A DNA stretch of 64,000 nt from Candidatus Bathyarchaeia archaeon (lineage in GTDB: Archaea > Thermoproteota > Bathyarchaeia > Bathyarchaeales > Bathycorpusculaceae), in NCBI GenBank assembly GCA_049512075.1, contig JBEKXL010000001.1, forward strand, positions 128,001 through 192,000. Reading direction: 5' to 3'. Below, piece after piece: positions 9,836 to 19,632 of this stretch. Position 1 is the first letter of the stretch. Each line of letters starts with the position of its first letter. Made by a program: the position numbers and the translations under genes. The notes under the pieces were generated by a model. That model did no database searches. It saw only the letters and a list, made by a program, of their open reading frames with translations, and was not told where the DNA came from.

Positions 9836-10258
9836 TCAGGTTCTATTCTTTGGCACCCTGAAGTGTGAAGCTTTTCCAGCGCTCACGTAGTCTCCCCCAG
9901 CACCACGTACGACTGAAGCTATTTTTGAAAAGTTGTCTGAACCGAGAAACTGCCGCGGTTTTATCATGATGTAATCGTCTTTCTCCTCGAAGCTCAGCAG
10001 GTTTTCTAGATCTTCTGGAAACATCATCTTCACGTCCTCTATCACTTTTGATTTTTCTAGAGACTGTGGCGCTCCAGGTACAGGCTGAGACAATGCTGGT
10101 GCTGGATGGGCCGCTATCGGCTGAGTTATCTGCGAGACAGCGAGAGACTTCAAGGATGCTGAAACCTGCCTCAAATCGTCCATGATGCCGTTCATAATCA
10201 GAACAAGCTCGTCAACTCTCTTGGTGAGAGCTTCAATTTTCTCTTTATCCGCGCTCAT
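9836..10258 (-). CDS. Hypothetical protein (coiled coil, Pro-rich linker, small C-terminal domain)
   Basis: 140-aa ORF with GGAAG upstream; C-terminal FLGSDNFSKIASVVRGAGGDYVSAGK. Confidence 0.75.
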   Translation of the reverse strand: MSADKEKIEALTKRVDELVLIMNGIMDDLRQVSASLKSLAVSQITQPIAAHPAPALSQPVPGAPQSLEKSKVIEDVKMMFPEDLENLLSFEEKDDYIMIKPRQFLGSDNFSKIASVVRGAGGDYVSAGKASHFRVPKNRT

Positions 10259-10309
10259 ACACTTCCTTCCTTACAAATCCTTAATACTCAACGCATTTAT
10301 TAATGGTTT

Positions 10310-11389
10310 TTGACTCTTCCAACAATTCGAAGACTGGAGCGAACCTCACGCTTGATAGAGATTGATGGGAGCGAAAAAAGTGGAAGCGGCACGATTCTGA
10401 GAATGGCCGTCGCCTTGTGCGCAATAATTGGGGAACCGTTGCACATTTACAACATCAGACAGAACCGTCCCCAGCCAGGTTTGAGGCCTCAACACTTGGA
10501 AGCCGTCCTGACAGCCGCCCAGCTGTGCGACGCTGAATTGGAAGGCGCGAAAGCCGATTCACGTGAGCTTTGGTTCAGGCCTAAAGAAATGAGAGGCGGC
10601 AAGATTGAAGCTCAAATCGGCACTGCCGGAAGCATCTCAATGCTTCTGATGACGGTGCTGCCCATGTGCGCCTACGCCGAAAACACCGTACACCTCCATA
10701 TTTCCAAAGGCGGAACCGACGTTTCCCATTCGCCCACCATAAATTACATGCGCTTCGTTCTCCTGCCAACCCTTCATCGCATGGGACTAAACGCTGTTCT
10801 GACCGTTCACAAGTACGGCTATTACCCCAAAGGAAACGGCGAAGTGACAATAGCTGTAGAGCCCTGCAAGCCTCTAACAGCTTTGAGCCTAGAGACTTTT
10901 GGCAACGTCAAATCGATAAGAGGAGTTTCAGTCTGCACATTCCTTGCCGAAAGAAAGGTTGCTGAACGCCAAGCGAAAGCGGCGAACGAGTACCTTGGCG
11001 AAAGAGGCTACAAGGCTGATATTCAAGTAGTAAATGACGCCTCGAACCCGCTGCAGAAGGGCAGTTCCATTGTCTTGTGGGCCGAATCTGACGCTGGAGC
11101 GATTCTAGGAGCAGACGCCATTGGCGAGCTGAGAAAAGCAAGCGAAACAGTCGGAATAGAAGCAGCCGAAAAACTCTACACAGAAATCATTGCGAAACCC
11201 ACGGTTGATGCGCACCTAGCAGACATACTTGTTCCATACATTGCTCTGGCCCACGGCAAGTCAGCCTATCTCACGCGGACATTAACCGAACATTTGCGGA
11301 CAAACATTGCGCTCGCCGAAAGAATACTGGATGTGAAATTCGTCTTAGAAAAGAAAGATGAACTACACAGACTGGAAAAAAAATTGTGA
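10310..11389 (+). CDS. rtcA: RNA 3'-terminal phosphate cyclase (true start probably TTG ~10352)
   Basis: IEIDGS, PGLRPQHL, GGTDV, YGYYPKGNG, VDAHLADIL, TEHLRTN. Confidence 0.93.
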   Translation: MTLPTIRRLERTSRLIEIDGSEKSGSGTILRMAVALCAIIGEPLHIYNIRQNRPQPGLRPQHLEAVLTAAQLCDAELEGAKADSRELWFRPKEMRGGKIEAQIGTAGSISMLLMTVLPMCAYAENTVHLHISKGGTDVSHSPTINYMRFVLLPTLHRMGLNAVLTVHKYGYYPKGNGEVTIAVEPCKPLTALSLETFGNVKSIRGVSVCTFLAERKVAERQAKAANEYLGERGYKADIQVVNDASNPLQKGSSIVLWAESDAGAILGADAIGELRKASETVGIEAAEKLYTEIIAKPTVDAHLADILVPYIALAHGKSAYLTRTLTEHLRTNIALAERILDVKFVLEKKDELHRLEKKL

Positions 11390-11414
11390 ATCAGTGCAGG
11401 GTCAAGGGCGGAGA

Positions 11415-11651
11415 TCAAGAGTGAGACTTCGGTGTAGGTTCCCTAACAAGAAAATAATGTACGAGCAAAAAGGTCAGTGACCCAAAACCGAGAATTGGCA
11501 AGATGGCAACCATGGGATTATCTACTAGCGTTATAAGTTGACCGCCTGTCCAAACCATGAGAAAACAGTTTAGAGCAATGATTTCGAGCGCACCGAACGA
11601 TCTGAGCAATAAATCTGGAATCTTGCGCAGATGCTCCTTTGTTATTCGCAC
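11415..11651 (-). CDS. Small two-TM membrane protein
   Basis: 78-aa ORF with two hydrophobic helices. Confidence 0.5.
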   Translation of the reverse strand: MRITKEHLRKIPDLLLRSFGALEIIALNCFLMVWTGGQLITLVDNPMVAILPILGFGSLTFLLVHYFLVREPTPKSHS

Positions 11652-12026
11652 TTTTCTTCATAACTCATGATATTCAACTGATATTTCTCTTTTTCCATTC
11701 ATGACTCTAGAATGCTCGCAAGAGAAAAACAGACCGTCACATGTTGTAGCGCGAACGCTGCGCTTGGGATTGGTATTGCTGTAAGGCCTCGGTTGATTCC
11801 CCAATCACATTATGCCCGCTGATGTAGGCCTTTCCTTTCGTATGCCAGATTGGACTGACATAAAATTTCGATTGCGCGCGCATGCTGCATGTGTTTTTGT
11901 TTTTTTGGGTTTGCGCACGCTCTACCACATTTTTCGCGTGCGATGTCATCTAACACGATCCAATGAACAAGGCATGAAAAAAGCTTTTATTCTAAATAAG
12001 ATGACAAAAAACCAGAGGAAAAAACG

Positions 12027-12689
12027 ATGACTCTTGAATCAAGCAAGAACTTGGGCGGCATAGGCGCAATACTAATGTTCATCGGACTTATACCAGGGGC
12101 TCAACCTTATCTAGGAATAATTGCACTTGTCGGCTTGATTCTCGTTCTGGTTGCTCTGCATGGTTTTGCAAACTATTACAAGGAAAGCGGAATATTCAAC
12201 AATTCCATATCCGGTGTAGTCGCAGGCATAGTAGGCATCGTAATTGCAGGAGTAGTAATTGTTTATCTGTTTTTTTACACATCCATCGTAACGAATTTCC
12301 TACACAAAATCTATCCAGGTTGGAACGGTAACTGGTCAACACTCTCAGGGTTAACACCAACCATCTCGAATATAACCACACGTGACGTCTTACCCATACT
12401 TGGATCAATACTTTCAGTATTAGTTATTCTGTGGATTTTTGCTATAATTGCAGCTTTCTTTGCTAGACGATCACTAAAGACTCTTTCAGCAAAAGCAAGC
12501 GTAGGTTTATTCTCAACTGCAGCTCTACTGCTACTCATAGGTGCATTTCTAACAATACTTCTCATAGGTTTCCTTCTAATGTGGATCGCCACACTATTGA
12601 TTGCGATTGCCTTTTTCCAAATAAAACCTCAACCAGAACAACCCGTAGCAACAATGGCTCCTCCATCGTCAACACCAACACCGGTCTAA
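12027..12689 (+). CDS. DUF996-like multi-TM membrane protein
   Basis: MTLESSKNLGGIGAILMFIG start and IGAFLTILLIGFLLMWIA helix typical of the family; GAGGA RBS. Confidence 0.8.
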   Translation: MTLESSKNLGGIGAILMFIGLIPGAQPYLGIIALVGLILVLVALHGFANYYKESGIFNNSISGVVAGIVGIVIAGVVIVYLFFYTSIVTNFLHKIYPGWNGNWSTLSGLTPTISNITTRDVLPILGSILSVLVILWIFAIIAAFFARRSLKTLSAKASVGLFSTAALLLLIGAFLTILLIGFLLMWIATLLIAIAFFQIKPQPEQPVATMAPPSSTPTPV

Positions 12690-12809
12690 AAGCCAACAAT
12701 ATTTACGCGCGCTGGCTTGTCCCTAAATTAGCTAATGTTTATTTTTGGGTTGGGGTCTCGTATTCTTGAGTCACGTCCAAGCTTAGGAGGTGAATCCTAG
12801 CGGGACAAG

Positions 12810-13240
12810 ATGAACACGAGCGCGCGCGGCGAACTACAAAAGACGAGCTGGCACAACTGGAAGCCTTAACTAAGGAAGGACTGACAGCCAGAGACATAGC
12901 TCAAAAACTCGATAGGTCCCCGGCAGCCATTAGAAACCTTCGCTACAAGAAACAGTTAATTATCAAAGCACAAGACGAAACCAAAGCTCTGTTTCAACAA
13001 AGAGACGATCTGAGAAACGCATTGAAGACGTTGCAAGGACAGAAAACCGCGCTGGTCTACGAGATGGACCTTCTTAGGAAAGAGAAGCAGAAACTTGAAG
13101 GAATTATCGCATGGGACAAACTACTTCTAGAGCAGACCTTAGCTCAGGCCTTGGTAAACCTGAAACTACAGAGGCCAGACTTGTTCACTCTGTCCGGTCC
13201 AGAGCAAATAGCCATGCTGCTAAAAGCCATCTTAAGATGA
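12810..13240 (+). pseudogene. HTH plus coiled-coil protein, frameshifted within a (CG)n run just after the start
   Basis: Open frame RRTTKDELAQLEALTKEGLTARDIAQKLDRSPAAIRNLRY (HTH) has no in-frame start. ATG 12810 (after AGGAGGTGA) comes into frame if one CG unit is removed from GCGCGCGCG at 12820-12828. Confidence 0.6.
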
Positions 13241-13273
13241 GTGCAGTAGCCGTAGCTAGCGCGGGCCATACTT

Positions 13274-13873
13274 CTAACTGAGAGGCGGAGGTGGAAGAGG
13301 TGGAGGAGGTGGCGGAGGCAACTGAGCAGTTCTTGTCATGCGGGTTCCGATAAAACCAATCACAATGAAAAGGAAACCACCAACAAGAAAACTGGTTAGT
13401 GCCGTGCCTAACGACCAACTCACTTCCCCAGGTTTCGCGACTGAAACCACACCCGCAGGAATCGATGCCGTCCAAGCATCGTAGCGCGTTATAAAGGCGA
13501 CAGCAGCCGCAACTAAAGAGAGTACTATAACAAGAAGACCCAAGACAATCGTCAACTTGGCGTATTTCGCTGCAATCTGACCTGAAGACAACCAACCCCA
13601 TCTAAAACCAAGAAGCACAATGATAACGAATAACACTATGAAGCCGGCGGTAAGCGACCACATCGCAGCATTTAGATTATACATTTCACCTAACGTTTCA
13701 TAGCTGTAGTAAGTGTTCCCGGCATACAGGTTAGTATGGGTGAAACGAAACGTTTCATTGCCGAATTCAGCTGTGAACAACAGTACCAGACCCGCCACTG
13801 CCAGAACAATCTGGACGACCGATATTATCTTCACCAAACCACGCCACCTAAATGCAGACTGTATGCAAACCAC
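13274..13873 (-). CDS. Four-TM membrane protein with polyproline C-terminus
   Basis: Four hydrophobic helices; ends QLPPPPPPPLPPPPLS. Confidence 0.75.
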   Translation of the reverse strand: MVCIQSAFRWRGLVKIISVVQIVLAVAGLVLLFTAEFGNETFRFTHTNLYAGNTYYSYETLGEMYNLNAAMWSLTAGFIVLFVIIVLLGFRWGWLSSGQIAAKYAKLTIVLGLLVIVLSLVAAAVAFITRYDAWTASIPAGVVSVAKPGEVSWSLGTALTSFLVGGFLFIVIGFIGTRMTRTAQLPPPPPPPLPPPPLS

Positions 13874-13884
13874 CCCAGCGCGCG

Positions 13885-15144
13885 CTAACTTTGGCTTGTT
13901 TTCACGCCTTTCTTTTTGTAGATTATGACTGTTAGTATTGTTGCTATCAAGAATAAGGGTAGAATGAGGAATGATGGAAACTCTGGAATTACATATTGAA
14001 CCGTAAGCGGGTAATAGTCAGTATTGTTTGCGTCAATGACATATGGAGTGTTCCAGACGCCTGAGCTGTCAACAAAAGTGGCATTTGGATATTTTGTTAG
14101 ATAATCGCTCCAGTAGTTACCCACGCTCCCATTATCCCAAACGTTAGTTGAGTTGTAAGAAGAAACTTGGCTGGTGTTGTTGTTGAAGTCGTTATGGTAG
14201 ATTGTATTGTTAGAAGAAGAGATGAGATAAATGCCATCGTTGCTGTTTGCGGTGACGTTGTTACCAGACAAAGCGTTGTTATCAGAAGAAGAGTCGAGCC
14301 AAATGCCATCCACGTTGTTTGCCGTGACGTTGTTGCCATACAAAGCGTTGTTATAAGAATTGCCGAGCACAATGCCATACCCGTTGTTTGCTGTGACGTT
14401 GTTGCCATACACAGTGCAATTAGAAGAATATTCGAGCCAAATACCAACATTGTTGCTGTTTGTGACATTGTTGCCCGACAAAGTGTTGTTATCAGAAGCA
14501 GAGTAGAGCACAATGCCATAGTTGCTGTTTGCCGTGAAGTTGTTGCCAGACAAGGTGTTGTTAGAAGAATTGCTGAGATAAATGCCATACCCATTGTTTG
14601 AAACGTTGTTGCCAGACAGGGTGTTGTTATCAGAAGAAGAGATGAGATAAATGCCATAAGAGTTGTTTGTGACGTTGTTGCCCGACAAGGTGTTGTTATC
14701 AGAAGAAGAGAGGACCACAATGCCATCAAAGTTGTTTGTCATGTTGTTTCTGCTGACACTGTTGTTAGAAGAAGATTCGATGCCAATGCCATAGCCGAAA
14801 TTTGTTATCCTCATGTCATTTATGGTCACGTTGCCCACGGTTCTGAGCATTATTCCGCTACCAGCAGCAGCGCTTCCGTTTCCAGTCACGGTGTAACCTG
14901 CTCCGTTCAAAACAATGTTGTATCTTTTAATCACAATTCCGTTGCCATTGGCGGCGATGTTGCCAGTTAAGGTGTATGTGATGTTATCTGCCGAATAAAT
15001 AGGAGCAGTTGACGGACTTATGCTTCCGTCAGCGTTAATGTAAATGGGTGCACCATCGGCCTTGACTACTTGAATCAAGCCCGTTATTGACGACATGGAA
15101 AGCAAAAACAGAGTTGTAATTGAAACCAAAACAAGCCTGTTCAT
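13885..15144 (-). CDS. Right-handed parallel beta-helix (NosD/CASH-like) surface protein with PEF-CTERM-like anchor
   Basis: Signal peptide; about nine GIxLxxSSNNTLSGNNVTxN repeats; GNYWSDY; C-terminal VIPEFPS, TM helix and KKK. Confidence 0.9.
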   Translation of the reverse strand: MNRLVLVSITTLFLLSMSSITGLIQVVKADGAPIYINADGSISPSTAPIYSADNITYTLTGNIAANGNGIVIKRYNIVLNGAGYTVTGNGSAAAGSGIMLRTVGNVTINDMRITNFGYGIGIESSSNNSVSRNNMTNNFDGIVVLSSSDNNTLSGNNVTNNSYGIYLISSSDNNTLSGNNVSNNGYGIYLSNSSNNTLSGNNFTANSNYGIVLYSASDNNTLSGNNVTNSNNVGIWLEYSSNCTVYGNNVTANNGYGIVLGNSYNNALYGNNVTANNVDGIWLDSSSDNNALSGNNVTANSNDGIYLISSSNNTIYHNDFNNNTSQVSSYNSTNVWDNGSVGNYWSDYLTKYPNATFVDSSGVWNTPYVIDANNTDYYPLTVQYVIPEFPSFLILPLFLIATILTVIIYKKKGVKTSQS

Positions 15145-15274
15145 CCAATGTCACTTCCGCAAATAGTTTATGGTTTGATTGAATTAGTTCTTATGGTTTG
15201 TGGAAGAATCCTTACCCGCGCGCTAGAAATGCTTAAACCAACAACCTTGCAACTAAGATTAGGGAGAAAAAAGG

Positions 15275-15766
15275 ATGTCGGAATCAGAAACCATTCTCAA
15301 GAATGAATCAGGTGTGAAATGCGCTGAGGGAGATAGTAAAGGATACCTCGGTCTTGGCACAATTATACTTACTAATCTAAGGCTTGTTTACATTAACAAA
15401 CAAGGAAAGGGAGCCACCGCAGCAATGGAGCTTTTCGCTCCTATATTAGCGCGCAATGCGATTGAGAAAAAAGCGGGAAAAGCTGAATTAGACGACGCCA
15501 CAAAACTCCCCGGAAGTTTTTCCATCCCCCTTGAGGGAATCACTAGAGCTGAAAATGTGCGGCACTTTCTTGCAGCTTATCTTAGAGTTGACAGTCAAAG
15601 TCCTAACTTGAAGCCAGTGCACAATTTCTTTTTTTACGCGAACGCTAGCTCGCGCGATTGGGCTAATGCTATTAACTCAGCAATTGCTGCCCGTTCGCCT
15701 CAGACTAGTACGCAACCAACAACCTTCATGCCGCCTCCGCCACCGCCACCTCCTCCTCCAAGTTAA
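15275..15766 (+). CDS. PH/GRAM-like domain protein with polyproline tail
   Basis: GTIILTNLRLVY...FSIPLEGIT...DWANAIN pattern; ends MPPPPPPPPPPS; GGGAG upstream. Confidence 0.7.
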   Translation: MSESETILKNESGVKCAEGDSKGYLGLGTIILTNLRLVYINKQGKGATAAMELFAPILARNAIEKKAGKAELDDATKLPGSFSIPLEGITRAENVRHFLAAYLRVDSQSPNLKPVHNFFFYANASSRDWANAINSAIAARSPQTSTQPTTFMPPPPPPPPPPS

Positions 15767-16340
15767 AAATCCCCTTTTCTTTTTTTCTAAAAAAATGATT
15801 TCTAAGTTAGCGTGCGCATTAACGCACTCTTGGAAAGATGGTTGGTTGTTGTGTTTTCTCTAGGTTCTGTCTAGCTTTGGCTTGTTTTAGCGCGCGAAAA
15901 TGAGAGAGAAAAGGGCAAGATATAATCCCAATTTGAGTTGTTCTTGTCAGCGCGACGCTATTCACTGATCTCCATTGCTTCATCTTGAGCTCCCTGATCA
16001 TATCCCAGATAAGCACGCAAATTTCTCTCATGGCTAGCGCGTTGATCTCCCATTCTTCATAAGGCTTATATTCATGATTGCCTACCTCTCATTGGGTATA
16101 TCAAAACTATCTTAAGGCCAACTATTTGTAAGGACTTCGGGAGATGTCGCTACAATGCCTAAGATAAAACTTTACCCCAACCAACAATGGACAGACGACG
16201 CCCTAGCGCGCGCTAACGGATTTTATGTTACCGACAATTTGTCGAGCGTACCATTTTTGACATTGCAAAGATAAGCATTCAAATCGCGGCTAGTGGACCA
16301 TGGAACATGTAAATGTTTATTTTCTGGTTAACAATAGCGT

Positions 16341-17162
16341 TTGCAGGTCAAAGGAAAAAATCAAATGGACAGCATTGCCCGCAAGAAACTGATTCGAGAA
16401 TATTATTCAAGAAGATCCAAGGATTATGATCTGCAGAAAAGCAGAACGTGGAACACAAGAGAAGGTTTTGGAAATGAAGTTTTTGACGAACTGCTAACGG
16501 CTTTGGAAGGGTTTGGAAACAGACTCTTGTTGGAATTAGGAGTGGGAAGTGGCAGAAACGCGTTGCCGCTGCTTGAAAAAGGCAAATCGCAACTTGTAGG
16601 ATTGGATTTGTCAAGGGAAATGCTGAAACAGGCAAAAACAAAAATGCTCTCCTTTAAAGACGGTTTTGACTTGATACTGGCCGACGGGGAACACTTGCCT
16701 TTTGTAAGCCAAGCATTTGATGCGGTCATCATCATGAGCACGATGCACTATTTCGCGTTTCAAGGAAGAATCCTAAAGAGATTGAGAAAAACGCTCAAAG
16801 AAAACGGAACACTTGTATACGGGGATTTGACAGTTCCCGAAACGGATAACCAAGGATTCTTTGAAGGACTGGAGAGAACCCTGTCCAAAGCTCATGCAAG
16901 ATACTACAAACCGTCACGGATGAAGAGGCTCATGGAGAAACAAGGATTCCGTATCTCAAAGATGAAAACGATTGCCTACCGAAAAACCTACAGTGTCCTA
17001 ATGGAAGATAAGGGACGGTACTTTGGCGTCGCGCCAGAAACGCTTTACATGTACTTGGAACGAGCCCCTGCAGAGGCAAAGGAGCAGTATGCACTAACCA
17101 GCACGGAGATGACCCTTTTCTACACGGTGATTACAGCGAAAAAGAAGACTGAAACGACGTGA
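16341..17162 (+). CDS. Class I SAM-dependent methyltransferase (UbiE-like; true start probably ATG 16365)
   Basis: LLELGVGSG, GLDLSREML, ADGEHLPF, FDAV. Confidence 0.9.
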   Translation: MQVKGKNQMDSIARKKLIREYYSRRSKDYDLQKSRTWNTREGFGNEVFDELLTALEGFGNRLLLELGVGSGRNALPLLEKGKSQLVGLDLSREMLKQAKTKMLSFKDGFDLILADGEHLPFVSQAFDAVIIMSTMHYFAFQGRILKRLRKTLKENGTLVYGDLTVPETDNQGFFEGLERTLSKAHARYYKPSRMKRLMEKQGFRISKMKTIAYRKTYSVLMEDKGRYFGVAPETLYMYLERAPAEAKEQYALTSTEMTLFYTVITAKKKTETT

Positions 17163-17166
17163 TCCC

Positions 17167-18234
17167 TTGAAAAAGGCAAGCTGCATCAAAACTCCCAGAC
17201 GAGAAGGCGAGAAAACCCTAATCCTGACCAGCAAACTCGGGTTGATCAACAAAGAATTGGAAATTCAACGAGACGAAGAATTCATCTACATTCCGCTGGC
17301 TAAGCGGCCATCAAAAGAAGAACTGAAAACTCTCAAGGAACAAGTGACAGACTGCAAAGTCTCAGTTCACTCTTTTCCAGAGAGGAAGAAACCGAGAACG
17401 TCACTTGCGCAACTTCTTGAGGATAAGCTTCCACCACATTTGTTGGCCAGCTTGCCCCGCGCCATAGACTTCATCGGCGACATAGCCATAGTCGAATTTC
17501 CCCCAGAGCTTGACGCATACAAAACTGCGATCGGCGAGGCAATCTTGAAAACGAACCAAAAGGTGCGCACGGTCCTCGCCAAGGCGGGCGCAGTAGGCGG
17601 AACCTACCGTTTGAGAAAGTTCACCATCGTGGCAGGCGAACCTAAGACCGACACCGTCCACAAAGAATACGGATGCCAATACCATGTGGACGTAACCAAA
17701 GCGTTTTTTTCTCCACGACTTTCGTTCGAACACCGCAGAGTCGCATCTCTGGTAGAGGAAGGCGACATCGTTATTGACTTGTTCGCAGGGGTCGGGCCTT
17801 TCTCGATACAAATCGCCAAAAACCATCAAAGCGCGACAGTCTATGCTGTCGATGTGAACCCAGACGCGGTGGAATATCTCAAGAAGAACATAAGGCTCAA
17901 CAGGGTTATAGGAAAGGTTCATCCCATTTCAGGAGACGCGAGGCAAGTTGTCAAAGACAAGCTTTCTGGTGTTGCTGACCGGACCATCATGAATTTGCCG
18001 GAAAAGGCCATCGATTTTGTTGATGTGGCTTGCGAAGCCATCAAACCTTCAGGAGGCATAGTTCACTTTTACAGCTTCGTAAACAAGCCTAACTCGTTAG
18101 AGAACCTTAAGGCTCGTTTCACGGAGGCCGTTGAAAAGTCTGAAAGAAGCGTGGAGAAAATCTTGTTTTCAAGATTTGTCCGTGAGACAGCTCCGTACGA
18201 GTGGCAAGCGGTTCTAGACGTTAGAATCCGCTAG
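17167..18234 (+). CDS. trm5: Trm5-family tRNA (guanine37-N1) methyltransferase
   Basis: IGDIAI, FFSPRL, DLFAGVGPF, DVNPDA, IMNLP motifs. Confidence 0.85.
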   Translation: MKKASCIKTPRREGEKTLILTSKLGLINKELEIQRDEEFIYIPLAKRPSKEELKTLKEQVTDCKVSVHSFPERKKPRTSLAQLLEDKLPPHLLASLPRAIDFIGDIAIVEFPPELDAYKTAIGEAILKTNQKVRTVLAKAGAVGGTYRLRKFTIVAGEPKTDTVHKEYGCQYHVDVTKAFFSPRLSFEHRRVASLVEEGDIVIDLFAGVGPFSIQIAKNHQSATVYAVDVNPDAVEYLKKNIRLNRVIGKVHPISGDARQVVKDKLSGVADRTIMNLPEKAIDFVDVACEAIKPSGGIVHFYSFVNKPNSLENLKARFTEAVEKSERSVEKILFSRFVRETAPYEWQAVLDVRIR

Positions 18235-18674
18235 GCTTCGACTGTCAACGTGATTTTCACTTTCTGCGCAGGGTTCTTCAGTTTCTCGATGAGATCTCTC
18301 GACAAATCGGCTGAAGCTTTGTCTGCTTTGATTGCCAACGTTCGGCTGCAAATGTAGTTGCTTTTCCTCACGACCATTTCGGTCGGGTGAACCAAGGTAA
18401 GATGCGCGCTTCCATACGCGTTCACCGTTTCGGCTATCCCTCCTGCTTCGATTAGAATAGTCAGACTGGCGTTTTCTTCGAGTAGTCTTTCTTTAAACTC
18501 GGCACTTAGACCTGGCATAGCTTTGTCTGCTGATACTGCGATCATGCAGTCGCCTTTTTTTGACAGGTCATCTTCTTTTGTGAACTCCAAGGTTGTGGGA
18601 TGAATGGCCAGAATGTTCTTGTGCCCCTTGGCAAGTATGATTTCTTTCAATTCGGCAGATGGCAAATTATTCAA
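18231..18674 (-). CDS. DUF371 protein
   Basis: AKGHKNILAIHPTTLEFTKE, KGDCMIAV, VVRKSNYICSRT. Confidence 0.9.
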   Translation of the reverse strand: MNNLPSAELKEIILAKGHKNILAIHPTTLEFTKEDDLSKKGDCMIAVSADKAMPGLSAEFKERLLEENASLTILIEAGGIAETVNAYGSAHLTLVHPTEMVVRKSNYICSRTLAIKADKASADLSRDLIEKLKNPAQKVKITLTVEA

Positions 18675-19632
18675 GAACCTCTATTGAGTCAACCTTTCCG
18701 TCGCCGTTCAGGTCAAAGCCCTGTATGATTTTTGCATAAGTCTCCTCGCCACTGTAGTCTTTCAGGGTTTTCTGCCAGTAGTCTGTGAGTGCCAGCACGC
18801 AGGCCTTTGTGCCCACCGCTTTGTTTCCGGCTAGAACTATAACCCGCTTGTTCTTGTCCCACGGGTTGACAACTTTCGCGACAACTCCAACTGCGTCTGC
18901 TGTGTAGACGCGCCCAGTTTTCTTGGAAACTAGACCGCCGAAAAGAAAGCCTTCCTCTGAGGGTCGCATGTCAAATTTAATGGGTAGACACTCGTTTACT
19001 TCTTCCGCAAGGAGGTTAGTTCCAGGTCCCCCTACGAGTATCAGGTGGTTCTTTTCCTCCTTCTCAGCCTTAACGTCCACATCGAGTTTTATCGCGAAGT
19101 CTTCAGGGGGTTTGACGAACTGCCCCAGGAAGAAGGCCAGATGAGAAGCATAATGTCCGTCCCTTGCGCTTGTTTTAAAGGGCCCGTGTGGCGTTGGGCT
19201 GCCCACAACTATTTTTCCGTCAAACGTTCCATCTTTCCTCACGAATTCTCTGAAGAATTTCCGGATTTGTTCTTCCATTCCCAGTAGGGAGAGATTCTTG
19301 ATGGTTCTGTACTCTTGCGGAAGCTCGATTCCAAACGCTGGCGCCGCTACTTTATAGTACTTGGCTATTGCCCCTTTCTTCTCCTCTTCTCTTGCAACGG
19401 TTATGGCTCCTGCCTTGCAGAGTTTTCTAATGTGGTAGTATACCTTCTGCTCATGGATGCCCAATTTTCTAGCTATTTCCAGAGGGTACATTTCCTTCTC
19501 AGAAAGCATGACCAGTATTTTCCAGCTTAACGCGTTCAGGATTAGCTTGAGCTTTTGCGGGTCGTTGATTAGCGCTATGTCTTTGACTTTCTGTGTCTTA
19601 TTTTCTTCGCGAAGCAGTAGTCTCTTTTCCAT
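18667..19632 (-). CDS. ArsR-type HTH regulator fused to a C-terminal alpha/beta domain
   Basis: N-terminal wHTH (EIARKLGIHEQKVYYHIRKL); C-terminal HLILVGGPGTN; terminal DLNGDGKVD; divergent from glmS. Confidence 0.8.
   Translation of the reverse strand: MEKRLLLREENKTQKVKDIALINDPQKLKLILNALSWKILVMLSEKEMYPLEIARKLGIHEQKVYYHIRKLCKAGAITVAREEEKKGAIAKYYKVAAPAFGIELPQEYRTIKNLSLLGMEEQIRKFFREFVRKDGTFDGKIVVGSPTPHGPFKTSARDGHYASHLAFFLGQFVKPPEDFAIKLDVDVKAEKEEKNHLILVGGPGTNLLAEEVNECLPIKFDMRPSEEGFLFGGLVSKKTGRVYTADAVGVVAKVVNPWDKNKRVIVLAGNKAVGTKACVLALTDYWQKTLKDYSGEETYAKIIQGFDLNGDGKVDSIEVLE

Noticed and set aside
14150-14800. Tandem DNA repeats and overlapping ORFs 14097..14729 and 14167..14601
   Set aside because: These are the coding repeats of the beta-helix protein; the alternative-frame ORFs are shadows.
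11740-16220. Canonical integron cassette array
   Set aside because: No clear RYYYAAC...GTTRRRY attC hairpins, genes lie in mixed orientation, and no IntI is in the window. Kept only as a motif observation.
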